From sequence record PP408249.1: a stretch of DNA of 64,000 nucleotides; one strand, written 5' to 3'. How positions within the stretch are numbered: the stretch's first letter is position 1; each line of letters opens with the position of its first letter. A program made the translations under genes and the position numbers. Of this stretch, positions 9,120 through 19,024 are shown piece by piece. The notes below the pieces were generated by a model, which made no database searches, was not told where the DNA came from, and worked only from the letters and a program-made list of their open reading frames with translations.

Positions 9120-10307
9120 ATGTCTAATCGTCTATTTGAAAGCAACTGGGCTGCTACTAAAAGCGCCCTCACTGAAGGTCTAAAAGGTCAACGTAAGTCG
9201 ACCATGGACGCAGTAATGGAAAACACTAAGCGTTTCTTAGTTGAAAATGCTTCCGCCGGTGCTACCCAAGCCGGTAACATAGCTACTATCAACAAAGTGA
9301 TGCTACCCCTAATCCGTCGTGTTATGCCTTCCGTTATTGCTAACGAAATTATGGGTGTACAGCCTATGACTGGTCCCGTAGGTCAGATACATACCCTACG
9401 TGTTCGTTATGCTGATACTGCATCTGGTGTTCAAGCTGGTACTGAAGCACTAAGCCCGTTCGATATTGCAAAAGCATATTCCGGTAACGAAGCTTTAAAC
9501 AACAGCACTAACCCAGTTCCAGGCGCTGCCAACACTTCTCGTATGGAAGGTTTTGCTGGTAATCGCATGAACATTCAAATTCTAAAAGAAACCGTAGAAG
9601 CACGTACTCGTCGTCTAAGCGCTCGCTGGACCTTCGAATCTGCACAGGATGCTAACGCTCTTCACGGTATAGATATAGAAGCTGAAATCATGCAAGCTTT
9701 AGCTCAAGAAATTACCGTCGAAATCGACCAAGAAATGCTAAATCGTCTACGTATTTTAGCTGGTCCAGCTCCTGTAACTTATAACCAAGCTGCTGTATCT
9801 GGTACTGCTACTTATGTTGGTGATGAACATGCTGCATTAGCTGTAATGATCAACCAACAGGCTAACTTAGTTGCTGCTCGTACTCGTCGCGGTGCTGCTA
9901 ACTGGGCTGTTATTTCGCCTAACGCACTAACTGTTCTACAGTCTGCAACTACTTCGACTTTTGCTCGTACTACTGAAGGTGTATTTGAAGCACCTACTAA
10001 CGTTAAATTTGCAGGTACCTTAAACGGAACTATGCGCATTTATGTAGATACTTATGCTGCTGAAGATGAAAAAGTTTTAATCGGTTATAAAGGTTCGACC
10101 GAAACTGATGCTGCTGCATTCTTCTGCCCGTATATTCCGTTAATGAGCACTGGTCCGGTAATTGATCCTACTACTTTCGAGCCTGTAGTATCATTTATGT
10201 CCAGATACGGTTACTTAGAACTCACCAATACTGCTAACTCGCTGGGTAACGGTGCTGACTATCTAAGTTCGATTGCTATAGATGCATCCACTCTTAAATT
10301 CTTCTAA
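9120..10307 (+). CDS. gp23: Major capsid protein
   Basis: GVQPMTGP.GQI, ARTRRLSARWT, AEI...EIDQE, FFCPYIPL, FMSRYG motifs. Confidence 0.97.
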   Translation: MSNRLFESNWAATKSALTEGLKGQRKSTMDAVMENTKRFLVENASAGATQAGNIATINKVMLPLIRRVMPSVIANEIMGVQPMTGPVGQIHTLRVRYADTASGVQAGTEALSPFDIAKAYSGNEALNNSTNPVPGAANTSRMEGFAGNRMNIQILKETVEARTRRLSARWTFESAQDANALHGIDIEAEIMQALAQEITVEIDQEMLNRLRILAGPAPVTYNQAAVSGTATYVGDEHAALAVMINQQANLVAARTRRGAANWAVISPNALTVLQSATTSTFARTTEGVFEAPTNVKFAGTLNGTMRIYVDTYAAEDEKVLIGYKGSTETDAAAFFCPYIPLMSTGPVIDPTTFEPVVSFMSRYGYLELTNTANSLGNGADYLSSIAIDASTLKFF

Positions 10308-10342
10308 TAATATCAAGTTATACTTGTTATTCGAAGAATACC

Positions 10343-10375
10343 AAAAAAAGTGTAGTAGAAATACTACACTTTTTT
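10343..10375. terminator. Intrinsic terminator after capsid gene
   Basis: AGTGTAGTA-GAAA-TACTACACT with A/T tracts. Confidence 0.8.
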
Positions 10376-10376
10376 A

Positions 10377-10405
10377 TTGACTAGAAAAAAATAATTTGTT
10401 AGTAT
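10377..10405 (+). promoter_or_regulatory. Sigma70-type promoter
   Basis: TTGACT-17-TAGTAT abutting the terminator. Confidence 0.55.
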
Positions 10406-10425
10406 TATAAAAAACTATTTTATAT

Positions 10426-12003
10426 ATGTCAGACTTAATAATACAAATAAAAGAATTGATAAAAAGTAAACCAAAGCATTTCAGTGTTTTGATTAAAAAA
10501 GATTTAAAATTAGCAGAATTTGTAGAGCAACACTGCACTAATCCCTATAATACTGTGTATGCTGCTAAAGTGTATACTGCTATAACCGGCGAAAAAGAAG
10601 AATGCAAATACGGAAACACAAAAAAATTTAATTCAATAAATGACGGGTTTAGATTTTGTGGTACTGCATCCTCGTGCAAGTGTTGTAAAGAAAGTGTATC
10701 TAATAACTTAGTGCAATTGAAAAAGATAGAAAATAAAGAAATATCAAAGAAAAAGCGTGAGAAAACTAATCTAAAAAAATACGGAGTATCAAATACTGGG
10801 CAATCTGCTATTGCTCTACAAAATCATGCAAAATTTTACGAAAATAAACAAAATGTAGACAAAGTAACGTCTAAGATAAAGCACACTAAGTCAGTAAAAT
10901 ACGGTAACAAAAATTTTAATGGTAATAAATGGTATTCTAAAATATCGGAAAAACTAAAAGAAAATAATTTATCTTTTACTATACAAGAACATGAATATAA
11001 GGGTATGGCAGAAACATATTGCATAAAATGTGGAACTTGTAATAACACTTTTATGTCTAAGGTTAGATATAGTAGTATACCGACGTGTGCAATATGTATG
11101 CCAGAATTGACAGTATGTAATTCAACACAAGAACAAGAATTATTTAATTTTATAAGACAACATTATTCCGGAGAAATAATAACTGGATCTAGAAAAATAT
11201 TAGATTCTGGAAAAAGTTTAGATATATACCTTCCTGAAAAAAATCTTGCAATAGAATATAATGAACTTTATTGGCATGTAATAGATAACGATCGTTTACC
11301 GCACATAACCAAAACGTATCATTATGACAAATATATAGGTTGTAAAGAAAAGGGAATATCGTTAATTACTATATATGGACATTTGTATAACTCTAAAAAA
11401 ACTATAATAGAAAACAGATTACTTCATAAATTAGGCTATACACAAGAAACAGTATATGCTAGAAAATGTATTATTAAAGATGTGCCTTCTGCAGAAGAAA
11501 AAGAATTTTTGAATAAAACGCATATACAAGGTTATGTTCCGTCATCTATAAAATACGGATTGTATTTTAATGATGTATTAGTTGCATTAATGAGTTTTAT
11601 AAAATCATCTAACAGAAACATTTCAGGAAATAACAGATACGACTACGAATTGCTTAGATATGCAACATCTTGTTCGGTACTAGGCGGTGCATCTAAATTG
11701 TTTTCTCATTTTGTAAAGAATAATATTCCTAATTCTATAGTTTCATATTCACAAAACGAATGGAATACAGGCAATGTTTACCGTATATTAGGGTTCAAAC
11801 AAGAACCTAAAATAAACATAGGATATTGGTATGTAAGTCCGGATTTTTGTAAAGTATATCATAGGACTAATTATACTAAAAAGAAATTAATAGAACATGG
11901 TTTTAATTCAAATAAGTCAGAACACCAGATAATGGAAGTGCGTGGATTTAGACGACTATATGATTGTGGTAATACCAAATGGGTGTGGGAAAACAAAATA
12001 TAA
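10426..12003 (+). CDS. Putative homing endonuclease (Vsr/PD-(D/E)XK-like) fused to Mom/GNAT-like domain, paralog 1
   Basis: LDIYLPE.NLAIEYN.LYWH nuclease motif; C-terminal ARKC...ELLRYA...GGASKL...SY...W..G.VY...GF...YDCG..KWVW; Cys-rich N-terminus. Confidence 0.7.
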   Translation: MSDLIIQIKELIKSKPKHFSVLIKKDLKLAEFVEQHCTNPYNTVYAAKVYTAITGEKEECKYGNTKKFNSINDGFRFCGTASSCKCCKESVSNNLVQLKKIENKEISKKKREKTNLKKYGVSNTGQSAIALQNHAKFYENKQNVDKVTSKIKHTKSVKYGNKNFNGNKWYSKISEKLKENNLSFTIQEHEYKGMAETYCIKCGTCNNTFMSKVRYSSIPTCAICMPELTVCNSTQEQELFNFIRQHYSGEIITGSRKILDSGKSLDIYLPEKNLAIEYNELYWHVIDNDRLPHITKTYHYDKYIGCKEKGISLITIYGHLYNSKKTIIENRLLHKLGYTQETVYARKCIIKDVPSAEEKEFLNKTHIQGYVPSSIKYGLYFNDVLVALMSFIKSSNRNISGNNRYDYELLRYATSCSVLGGASKLFSHFVKNNIPNSIVSYSQNEWNTGNVYRILGFKQEPKINIGYWYVSPDFCKVYHRTNYTKKKLIEHGFNSNKSEHQIMEVRGFRRLYDCGNTKWVWENKI

Positions 12004-12053
12004 GTTTTTAAAATACAGAGTTGTGTTATACTTTAAAAATAAAAGGGTTTTTA

Positions 12054-12518
12054 GTGTCAGACATAGTTGATATACGTTTTGAGTTTGTAGGATACGATTC
12101 AGACATAAAATACATAAATAATTGCGAAAATAGTGGATGTTATGATGAAGGTATATGTCGTTGCGGACATTTTGAAGATACAGATCTAAATGGTATACCA
12201 GATGATCCCGAATATATTTTTCCAACTAAAATGTCTGTATGGAGACGAGTAGGATATAATGGAATATATGATGATTACAAACATAGTTACTATGAAATTA
12301 CTGAATCCGATAGAAAATATTTTGCAAAAATAATGCATTTTATCGGTTATACACTAGATTCTTTTTATTTTGATATCGAATCGGGGTACTATGGCGAAGA
12401 AGGCGGAGATCTAGTACACGATAAACAGGGCTTGTTAAAATCTGCCATGATTGACATTTTAAACAGACCTGACGAAGAAGACAGACTGGTGTATTTATTA
12501 TCTAAAACTTGGGAATAA
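12054..12518 (+). CDS. Hypothetical Cys-motif protein (paralog A)
   Basis: Likely GTG start 12054 (track start 12021); C...C...GICRC and GYYGEE shared with next gene. Confidence 0.65.
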   Translation: MSDIVDIRFEFVGYDSDIKYINNCENSGCYDEGICRCGHFEDTDLNGIPDDPEYIFPTKMSVWRRVGYNGIYDDYKHSYYEITESDRKYFAKIMHFIGYTLDSFYFDIESGYYGEEGGDLVHDKQGLLKSAMIDILNRPDEEDRLVYLLSKTWE

Positions 12519-12519
12519 T

Positions 12520-13218
12520 ATGGATACATTCATTACATTTTATGGCAGATACTATGCAAATTTAGATTACGAACTACAACATAATTGTAATAACGATTGT
12601 ATAGAAAGCGGCATATGCAGATGTTCTGTAATAACATCCCCTGTAGTGGTATCTATCAATAACTATAAAGTGTATGATATGGTCGAGGTGTTAGTAAATA
12701 AACCCGATTTAAACGGAACACCTAGATGTGTTAGATATTTGTATAGTCAAATAGAGCAATATTGTGTGGAAAGAATCATAACAAAACATAAAATTTTAGA
12801 CGGTTCACTGTATTATGTAACTGTCGAGCGTGGTTATTACGGTGATGAAATAGGTGACATAATCCATGAAAATGAACAAAATGCAATGGATGATATATTA
12901 ACGATGATTTCGTTAAAAACCGATATAGAAAAACTACATTATGTTTTAATGTTAGAATACGGGTATATTGCTCCTATAATTTCTGAGTGTAAAAACTTGG
13001 CTATTAAAAAAGTATGTATAAACGATATAGTTCCTACTATTGCATATAAAAGTATGGAACCTCAGCATACCTATCATTTAGATGTATATGATGATATGAT
13101 AATGGGTGTGCTAAAGGGAAATAAATTGATCGATGGTAATCATAGATATTCATTTTATATGAATACAATGAGAGATAAAAACAAAGATAACTTTGTATAT
13201 TATATAGAATTATCTTAA
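12520..13218 (+). CDS. Hypothetical Cys-motif protein (paralog B) with ParB/Srx-like C-terminus
   Basis: GICRC, GYYGDE, LIDGNHR. Confidence 0.6.
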   Translation: MDTFITFYGRYYANLDYELQHNCNNDCIESGICRCSVITSPVVVSINNYKVYDMVEVLVNKPDLNGTPRCVRYLYSQIEQYCVERIITKHKILDGSLYYVTVERGYYGDEIGDIIHENEQNAMDDILTMISLKTDIEKLHYVLMLEYGYIAPIISECKNLAIKKVCINDIVPTIAYKSMEPQHTYHLDVYDDMIMGVLKGNKLIDGNHRYSFYMNTMRDKNKDNFVYYIELS

Positions 13219-13226
13219 AGGTATAT

Positions 13227-13532
13227 ATGAAAACAATAGGCGTTGATTATGATGACACTATATCGCAAGATGATAACGGATGGTTATCTGTATTACTTGC
13301 ACTCGAGCATATTGGATACAGGGTTGTTATTGTTACTTACCGTAATCCTACCTGCTATCCAGAAGATCTTCAATTTTTAATAGATAAAGGATATAAGGTA
13401 TACTTTACAAGTCAACATGCTAAAAGAACGTATATGGAAAATCTTGGCATAGATATAGATATTTGGATAGACGATAGTCCTGAATCTATATTATATAATT
13501 ATGATTCATATTTAGGTAAGTATATAAAATAA
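13227..13532 (+). CDS. HAD-superfamily hydrolase-like protein
   Basis: IGVDYDDT (DxD) and WIDDSP motifs. Confidence 0.7.
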   Translation: MKTIGVDYDDTISQDDNGWLSVLLALEHIGYRVVIVTYRNPTCYPEDLQFLIDKGYKVYFTSQHAKRTYMENLGIDIDIWIDDSPESILYNYDSYLGKYIK

Positions 13533-13568
13533 AAAAGGAGCATAATGCTCCTTTTTTATTGATAAATA
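13531..13568 (+). promoter_or_regulatory. Terminator followed by late promoter
   Basis: GGAGCA-TAA-TGCTCC + T tract (13531-13557), GATAAATA 13561-13568. Confidence 0.7.
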
Positions 13569-13592
13569 TATGCATCTTAAGGAATAAGGTGT

Positions 13593-16500
13593 ATGTCGAG
13601 TAAAATTAAATTCACGGATCAATATATCCTATCTAGTGTTGGGCAAACTTCTAATAATATAGTATATTTGCAAGTAAATGATGATCAACAATTAGTTGTT
13701 ACTCATCCTATGTATGCAACTGAATGGTCTACATTAGGTGGGCTTAGAGTAACAGGTGATCAGTCTAAATTTGATGGATCATTAGAAGTTGGATATGAAT
13801 TGCTAGTAGGACAAACATCTACCTTTAACAACGACATGGTAGTAAACGGTTTAGTTACAGTAAACAGAGATTCTCTAGATGCAATGCTCATTCACGGGAA
13901 TGTTACATTACATGGCAACTTAACTGTAGTAGGTAGCAGCTCAGGGACTACACCCGGGCAAGTAACTATTTCCGACAACATTATGGTCGTGAATACAGAT
14001 GACGTAGGTCCGGGCGTCACTGCAACATATTCTGGTTTTGAAGTCCAGCGTGGAATTCCCGTAGGCGAAACTAATAGTCACGGTGAACCTGGCCAAGGTA
14101 AATTGCCTTCTGCTGGATTAGTTTGGAATGAAGTGCAAAAATCCTGGGATCTTAATTATAACCCTATTCTTTCTGAAAAATTACCACAAAATCCTAGAAT
14201 AATTAACTTAGGGCAGCCAGTTGCTGACAACGATGCTTCTACAAAAAAATATGTGAATGATAGCATAACTGCTGCACTTGACGATGATATTTATTTAGAT
14301 AGACTTACTGATGTAACAATTTCTTCTCCGGCTAATAAAAATATACTACAGTACGATTCTTCTACATCGCAATGGAGAAATTTACCATATTCGTTTATAC
14401 GATTAACGGATGTAACTGGTGTATCTGTCCCGAGAGGATACGTGAGATGGAATGCAGCAGGAACACAGTTAGTATATGAAACCACTATAGATTATGCACA
14501 GTTAACTGGATTGTCTGATGTAGCTAAAGCAGGTCAAGGATCTCTAAGTTTTCTTAGTGATGTAACATTATCATCGTTATCTAATACACAGGCATTATTT
14601 TATAATGGAACCTCTTGGGTTAATAGACTAATTAATTACTCCGACATTCAAAATACTCCTACTAACAATTCGTATAGTTTTATTGGATTAAATGATACAA
14701 ATAATACAGTTGTTAATAACGGATATGTAAGATGGAATGCAGCAGGAACACAGTTAGTATATGAAACCACTATAGATTATGCACAGTTAACTGGATTGTC
14801 TGATGTAGCTAAAGCAGGTCAAGGATCGTTAGATTATTTAACAGATGTTAGTATAGGAACTGCTAGCTCCGGTAATGTACTAAGATATAACGGAACTGAT
14901 TGGGTAAACCAAGTATTATCATATACTGATCTTTCTAATACCCCTACTAACAATTCGTATAGTTTTATTGGGTTAAATGATACTAATGATACTGCACTTT
15001 CGGGTGGTTATTTACGATGGAATCCCACCGGAACACAGATAGTATATCAATCCACTATAGATTATGCACAGTTAACTGGGTTATCTTCTGTTGCTAAAGC
15101 AGGACAAGGGGCTCTAAGTTTTCTTAGTGATGTAACTATATCGTCACCTGGCGCTAGTAATACATTGCGATACGATACTACTTCATCTAAATGGGTAAAC
15201 ACCAGACTTGCTTATTCCGATTTAACAGGTCAACCGACTTCTGCTAATTATCAACTAGTTGGGTTAAGTGATACTGCAAGCACATCTGTACCATTGGGAT
15301 ATCTTAGATGGAACGCCGCCGGAACTCAAGTAACATATGCTACTACTATAGATATATCAGTTATATCTGGTAAATCTACTGTAGCTTCTGCTGGTTCGGC
15401 AACACTATCTAATCTAGAAGATGCTGCTGTCACAACGCCTGCTGCTGGGAATACTTTAATATGGAATACGTCTACAAATAAATGGACAAACGGCATATTA
15501 GATGTATCTAATATTACTAATGCTGTACCTGTTAGTAGAACAGTATCTGCAGGGACTGGACTATCCGGCGGAGGAAATTTATCTAGTAATATTACGTTGT
15601 CGGTTAATAGAACATTAACCGATACATGGTATGCTGCTGCATCACATACTCATGATGCATCTAATATTACGTCTGGTGTTATTGCGAATGCTAGACTGCC
15701 AGTTGGAAGCACAACAGCACAAGGTATTTTACAGTTAACAGATGGTGTTGCTAGCACATCTACAACTACTGCCGCTACACCCAATTCGGTGAAAACTGCA
15801 TATGACTTAGCAACGACAAAAGCTAATATATCACATACTCATGATGCATCTAATATTACGTCTGGTACTATTGCTGTAGCCAGACTTCCAGTTTCGTCTA
15901 CTACTGCACAAGGTATAGTTCAGCTTACTGACGGTGTTGCTAGCACATCTACAACTACTGCTGCTACACCTAATTCAGTAAAAACTGCATATGATTTAGC
16001 AACGACAAAAGCTAATGCTTCTCACACCCATGATGCATCTAATATTACGTCTGGTGTTATTGCGAATGCTAGACTGCCGTTTGCCTCAACTACTGTATAT
16101 GGTATAGTAACTCTGTTAGATTCAGTTGCCAGTACATCTATATCTACTGCTGCTACACCGAATTCGGTGAAAACTGCATATGACTTAGCAACGACAAAAG
16201 CTAATATATCACATACACATACTCCTGCTCAAGTAGGTTTATCGAATATTTCTAATAACGGAAATACTATAACGGGAAATACAACTATATCCGGTGCATT
16301 GTCAGTAACAGGAAATGCTGTTTTTAATACATCTGATATAAAATTAAAAGATAATATACAGCCCATTAAAAATCCAGTAGAACTTCTTAGCAAAATTTCA
16401 GGATATACCTATACTAGAAATGATTGTAATAACGAAAAACAAACCGGTATTATTGCGCAGGAAGTTGAAACGATACAACCTGAAAGTGTAAGAGAAGTAG

Positions 16501-16619
16501 ACGGTATAAAAACTGTAAACCATAATGGAATAATTGCACTGTTAGTTAGTGCAGTTAATGAACTTTCTAAAGAAATAGAAGAATTAAAACAACAACTTTC
16601 TTACAAAAAAAGGGACTAA
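13593..16619 (+). CDS. Tail fibre with C-terminal peptidase S74 intramolecular chaperone
   Basis: Fibre repeats (ST.AQG..QL.D...STS...AATP.SVK.AYD), SD.KLKDNI...GIIAQEVE...coiled-coil end. Confidence 0.85.
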   Translation: MSSKIKFTDQYILSSVGQTSNNIVYLQVNDDQQLVVTHPMYATEWSTLGGLRVTGDQSKFDGSLEVGYELLVGQTSTFNNDMVVNGLVTVNRDSLDAMLIHGNVTLHGNLTVVGSSSGTTPGQVTISDNIMVVNTDDVGPGVTATYSGFEVQRGIPVGETNSHGEPGQGKLPSAGLVWNEVQKSWDLNYNPILSEKLPQNPRIINLGQPVADNDASTKKYVNDSITAALDDDIYLDRLTDVTISSPANKNILQYDSSTSQWRNLPYSFIRLTDVTGVSVPRGYVRWNAAGTQLVYETTIDYAQLTGLSDVAKAGQGSLSFLSDVTLSSLSNTQALFYNGTSWVNRLINYSDIQNTPTNNSYSFIGLNDTNNTVVNNGYVRWNAAGTQLVYETTIDYAQLTGLSDVAKAGQGSLDYLTDVSIGTASSGNVLRYNGTDWVNQVLSYTDLSNTPTNNSYSFIGLNDTNDTALSGGYLRWNPTGTQIVYQSTIDYAQLTGLSSVAKAGQGALSFLSDVTISSPGASNTLRYDTTSSKWVNTRLAYSDLTGQPTSANYQLVGLSDTASTSVPLGYLRWNAAGTQVTYATTIDISVISGKSTVASAGSATLSNLEDAAVTTPAAGNTLIWNTSTNKWTNGILDVSNITNAVPVSRTVSAGTGLSGGGNLSSNITLSVNRTLTDTWYAAASHTHDASNITSGVIANARLPVGSTTAQGILQLTDGVASTSTTTAATPNSVKTAYDLATTKANISHTHDASNITSGTIAVARLPVSSTTAQGIVQLTDGVASTSTTTAATPNSVKTAYDLATTKANASHTHDASNITSGVIANARLPFASTTVYGIVTLLDSVASTSISTAATPNSVKTAYDLATTKANISHTHTPAQVGLSNISNNGNTITGNTTISGALSVTGNAVFNTSDIKLKDNIQPIKNPVELLSKISGYTYTRNDCNNEKQTGIIAQEVETIQPESVREVDGIKTVNHNGIIALLVSAVNELSKEIEELKQQLSYKKRD
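14270..15500 (+). repeat. Tandem ~95-aa (285-bp period) modules in tail fibre
   Basis: 98-bp exact copies 14445-14542 and 14730-14827; further diverged copies; array limits approximate. Confidence 0.85.
15641..16215 (+). repeat. Three 63-aa (189-bp period) tail-fibre repeats
   Basis: CATGATGCATCTAATATTACGTCTGG at 15651, 15840, 16029. Confidence 0.9.
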
Positions 16620-16635
16620 CCTAAGTCCCTTTTTT
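16605..16635. terminator. Bidirectional terminator
   Basis: AAAAAAAGGGACT/AGTCCCTTTTTT between convergent genes. Confidence 0.8.
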
Positions 16636-17224
16636 CTGAAATTCCTAATAGCATTAAACTAAAATCATTTAAGCAGTATTCTAGTTTATCTCTTATTTTA
16701 TTTAATTCTTTTATATTTTTATTAAAATATTTGTAATCTTTATTATATTTTGATTTAAAAACACATATTTTGTTTAAATCGCAGTTTATATCTGAAATTA
16801 CAGATAATAAAAAATATTCTGTATAGAATGTAGATATAATCCATGATGTTTTTAGAGTAACTAAATCAGATAACAATGCTGCCTGTAACTCTTGATGTAT
16901 ACTATAAACGGGATTTATATTCTTTTTATAATTAGCAAGTATGGCAGGGTATTTATATTTAGATGTTTCTGTTTCTAGCGTGTTATATAATGTACATAAT
17001 TCTGAATCGAATTTTATGGTTTCGTTATAATAATTTAACGCAATTTTAGTTGCTATATCTAATTCTAATTTTTTATATAATTCTTTTGTGCAAAGATTTT
17101 TTATATTAGAATTAATACCTTTATTATTATATAATTCTTTGTTTATTATACCGGTTTTATTATATATGTTTAAATATTTTTTATATTTAAATTCAATTAA
17201 ATTAGTTACTTCATTGTGTACCAT
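16616..17224 (-). CDS. Hypothetical protein
   Basis: 202-aa ORF coupled to upstream NUDIX gene. Confidence 0.6.
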   Translation of the reverse strand: MVHNEVTNLIEFKYKKYLNIYNKTGIINKELYNNKGINSNIKNLCTKELYKKLELDIATKIALNYYNETIKFDSELCTLYNTLETETSKYKYPAILANYKKNINPVYSIHQELQAALLSDLVTLKTSWIISTFYTEYFLLSVISDINCDLNKICVFKSKYNKDYKYFNKNIKELNKIRDKLEYCLNDFSLMLLGISEKRDLG

Positions 17225-17226
17225 TT

Positions 17227-17718
17227 TTATACTTCTTTATGGTTTGACAATATTAATTTAAGTTTATCGATACTTTTAGCAGATTTAAAACTTTGCTTTG
17301 CACCATAGTGCATAGGATTCGGCCAAGTACCCAATGAAACCCAAGCATATCCTGACGATTCCGAATTAAGTATAGGAATGAATTCGTCTTCTACAACACA
17401 AACAAAACTGTAATATCTAAAATTTTTATCTTTACTTTCGTAAATATCAAACGGATAAATTTTATCTATATTGGGTACAAAACCCATTTCTTCTTGAAGT
17501 TCTCTTAGAAGTCCATCCTTTGGTAATTCGTTATTTTCTAACATACCTCCCCATAAACTCCATGTAAGACTGTATGTCTTGTGTTCTGCACGCAAATTAT
17601 ATAGAATTCTATTAGTTTTGCATGAAATAAAAAGAGTCCCTACAGCTATCTTTTTAGCTAATTGAGCAGATGTTATCGACGCGCCAATATCCTGCTTTAT
17701 AATCCCCTGCGTATCCAT
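17227..17718 (-). CDS. NUDIX hydrolase
   Basis: Nudix box GGMLENNELPKDGLLRELQEEMG; start taken at Met20 of the track ORF (17775 alternative). Confidence 0.85.
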   Translation of the reverse strand: MDTQGIIKQDIGASITSAQLAKKIAVGTLFISCKTNRILYNLRAEHKTYSLTWSLWGGMLENNELPKDGLLRELQEEMGFVPNIDKIYPFDIYESKDKNFRYYSFVCVVEDEFIPILNSESSGYAWVSLGTWPNPMHYGAKQSFKSAKSIDKLKLILSNHKEV

Positions 17719-19024
17719 ATTGCCATTCTCTATCTTTAAATTTGTATAATTCTTTATCGTATAAATTTCTAACATACACAGGACTATTATTTGTTACTCT
17801 TGCATTAAATGTAACTACCCATTGTGTTCCTGTATATTCTATTATATCAGAATCGTATGCAATAAAACTATTACCCCATGGGTATGAATTTTTTATTGCA
17901 GGTTCTTCTCCTTTAGTTAACGAATTTAGTACCATATATCTTTGGCCTATTTGTGCTTCTGGTAATTTATTTCCAGGAAACATTTTAGATGGATCTATAA
18001 TTCTATTTATAGGCGGAATAGTAGCAGAAGGCAAAGTTTCGTCTATTGGGGTAAATGTAGTTGTATTTGTAGACGAAGGTTCTATATATCCTATTATTTC
18101 TATATCGGGATTATCTATATTTCCCTGAATGAGTTTAACTGTAGTAACATTTTGTTCAACTGAACCGTATATATTAAGTAATTTGTCCCACGAATCAGAT
18201 GATACATCTCCGTATGTATTAAGTAATGTTAGTTTGTTATCAATTACTCTTAGACCATAATTCCCGGGTGTCACACATAACTGTTCTTTAACTGTACCGG
18301 GGGTTATATTAAAGAAATCGGTCGTACTTTTTATATCAGAAAAACTATCTGTATAAATGTTACTTATGATTGTATTGATTATCTTTTGTTTTTTAACTTT
18401 AGCTGGCGGATTTATATATACAATCATTTGAAATATAAGAGACGATATATCGTAGTCAGTAGATGTTCCTACAGGTATAGTCCTGTTAGACCATTGTGTT
18501 TCTTTTAATTCTAATTCAAATATTCTAGACCAATCTAAGGGGTTTTGATTTTGTTCTAGCTGTATACTAGGATTAAATAATACTAATATTTGTTCTAAAA
18601 TTTGTAATTTATTATCTGTATTAGAAGTCAATATATCTAATCGTGTTGTTAGTTTATAAGGCACAGGCATATATGCTTCGACTGTGTATCTATTTCCAGG
18701 TTTGTTAATATAACTACCATTTGCATCTGTAGCCAATTCTGTAACATTAGATACTTTTACCCCTTGTGTATCAACCCGATAATCTGGTGCCAAATCTAAA
18801 CCAGTGATATAACCTGCCATAATAGGCACAGGTATTACTGTATTTTGATTATTTCCGTTAATAATAGATGCAACTTGTCTAGACATATCTCCGTATATAA
18901 CTGGGACTCTTTTTTGAATAGATACGCCGTTATCGTCAGGTGCAGTTCTTATGTTTATATCTGAAAAAACTCGTAGAAACTGTAAAAGATATCGTCTTAA
19001 CTGCTCGTCGTAAAAATAGTTCAT
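17654..19024 (-). CDS. gp15: Tail sheath stabiliser / tail terminator
   Basis: YFYD.Q.RRY..QF...F, RVP..YG, PVPY.L...L.I...N.D..LQILEQIL..FNP. Confidence 0.85.
   Translation of the reverse strand: MNYFYDEQLRRYLLQFLRVFSDINIRTAPDDNGVSIQKRVPVIYGDMSRQVASIINGNNQNTVIPVPIMAGYITGLDLAPDYRVDTQGVKVSNVTELATDANGSYINKPGNRYTVEAYMPVPYKLTTRLDILTSNTDNKLQILEQILVLFNPSIQLEQNQNPLDWSRIFELELKETQWSNRTIPVGTSTDYDISSLIFQMIVYINPPAKVKKQKIINTIISNIYTDSFSDIKSTTDFFNITPGTVKEQLCVTPGNYGLRVIDNKLTLLNTYGDVSSDSWDKLLNIYGSVEQNVTTVKLIQGNIDNPDIEIIGYIEPSSTNTTTFTPIDETLPSATIPPINRIIDPSKMFPGNKLPEAQIGQRYMVLNSLTKGEEPAIKNSYPWGNSFIAYDSDIIEYTGTQWVVTFNARVTNNSPVYVRNLYDKELYKFKDREWQYGYAGDYKAGYWRVDNICSIS

Noticed and set aside
14445-16215. CRISPR-like array
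   Set aside because: Repeats are in-frame coding modules with 285- and 189-bp periods and no unique spacers
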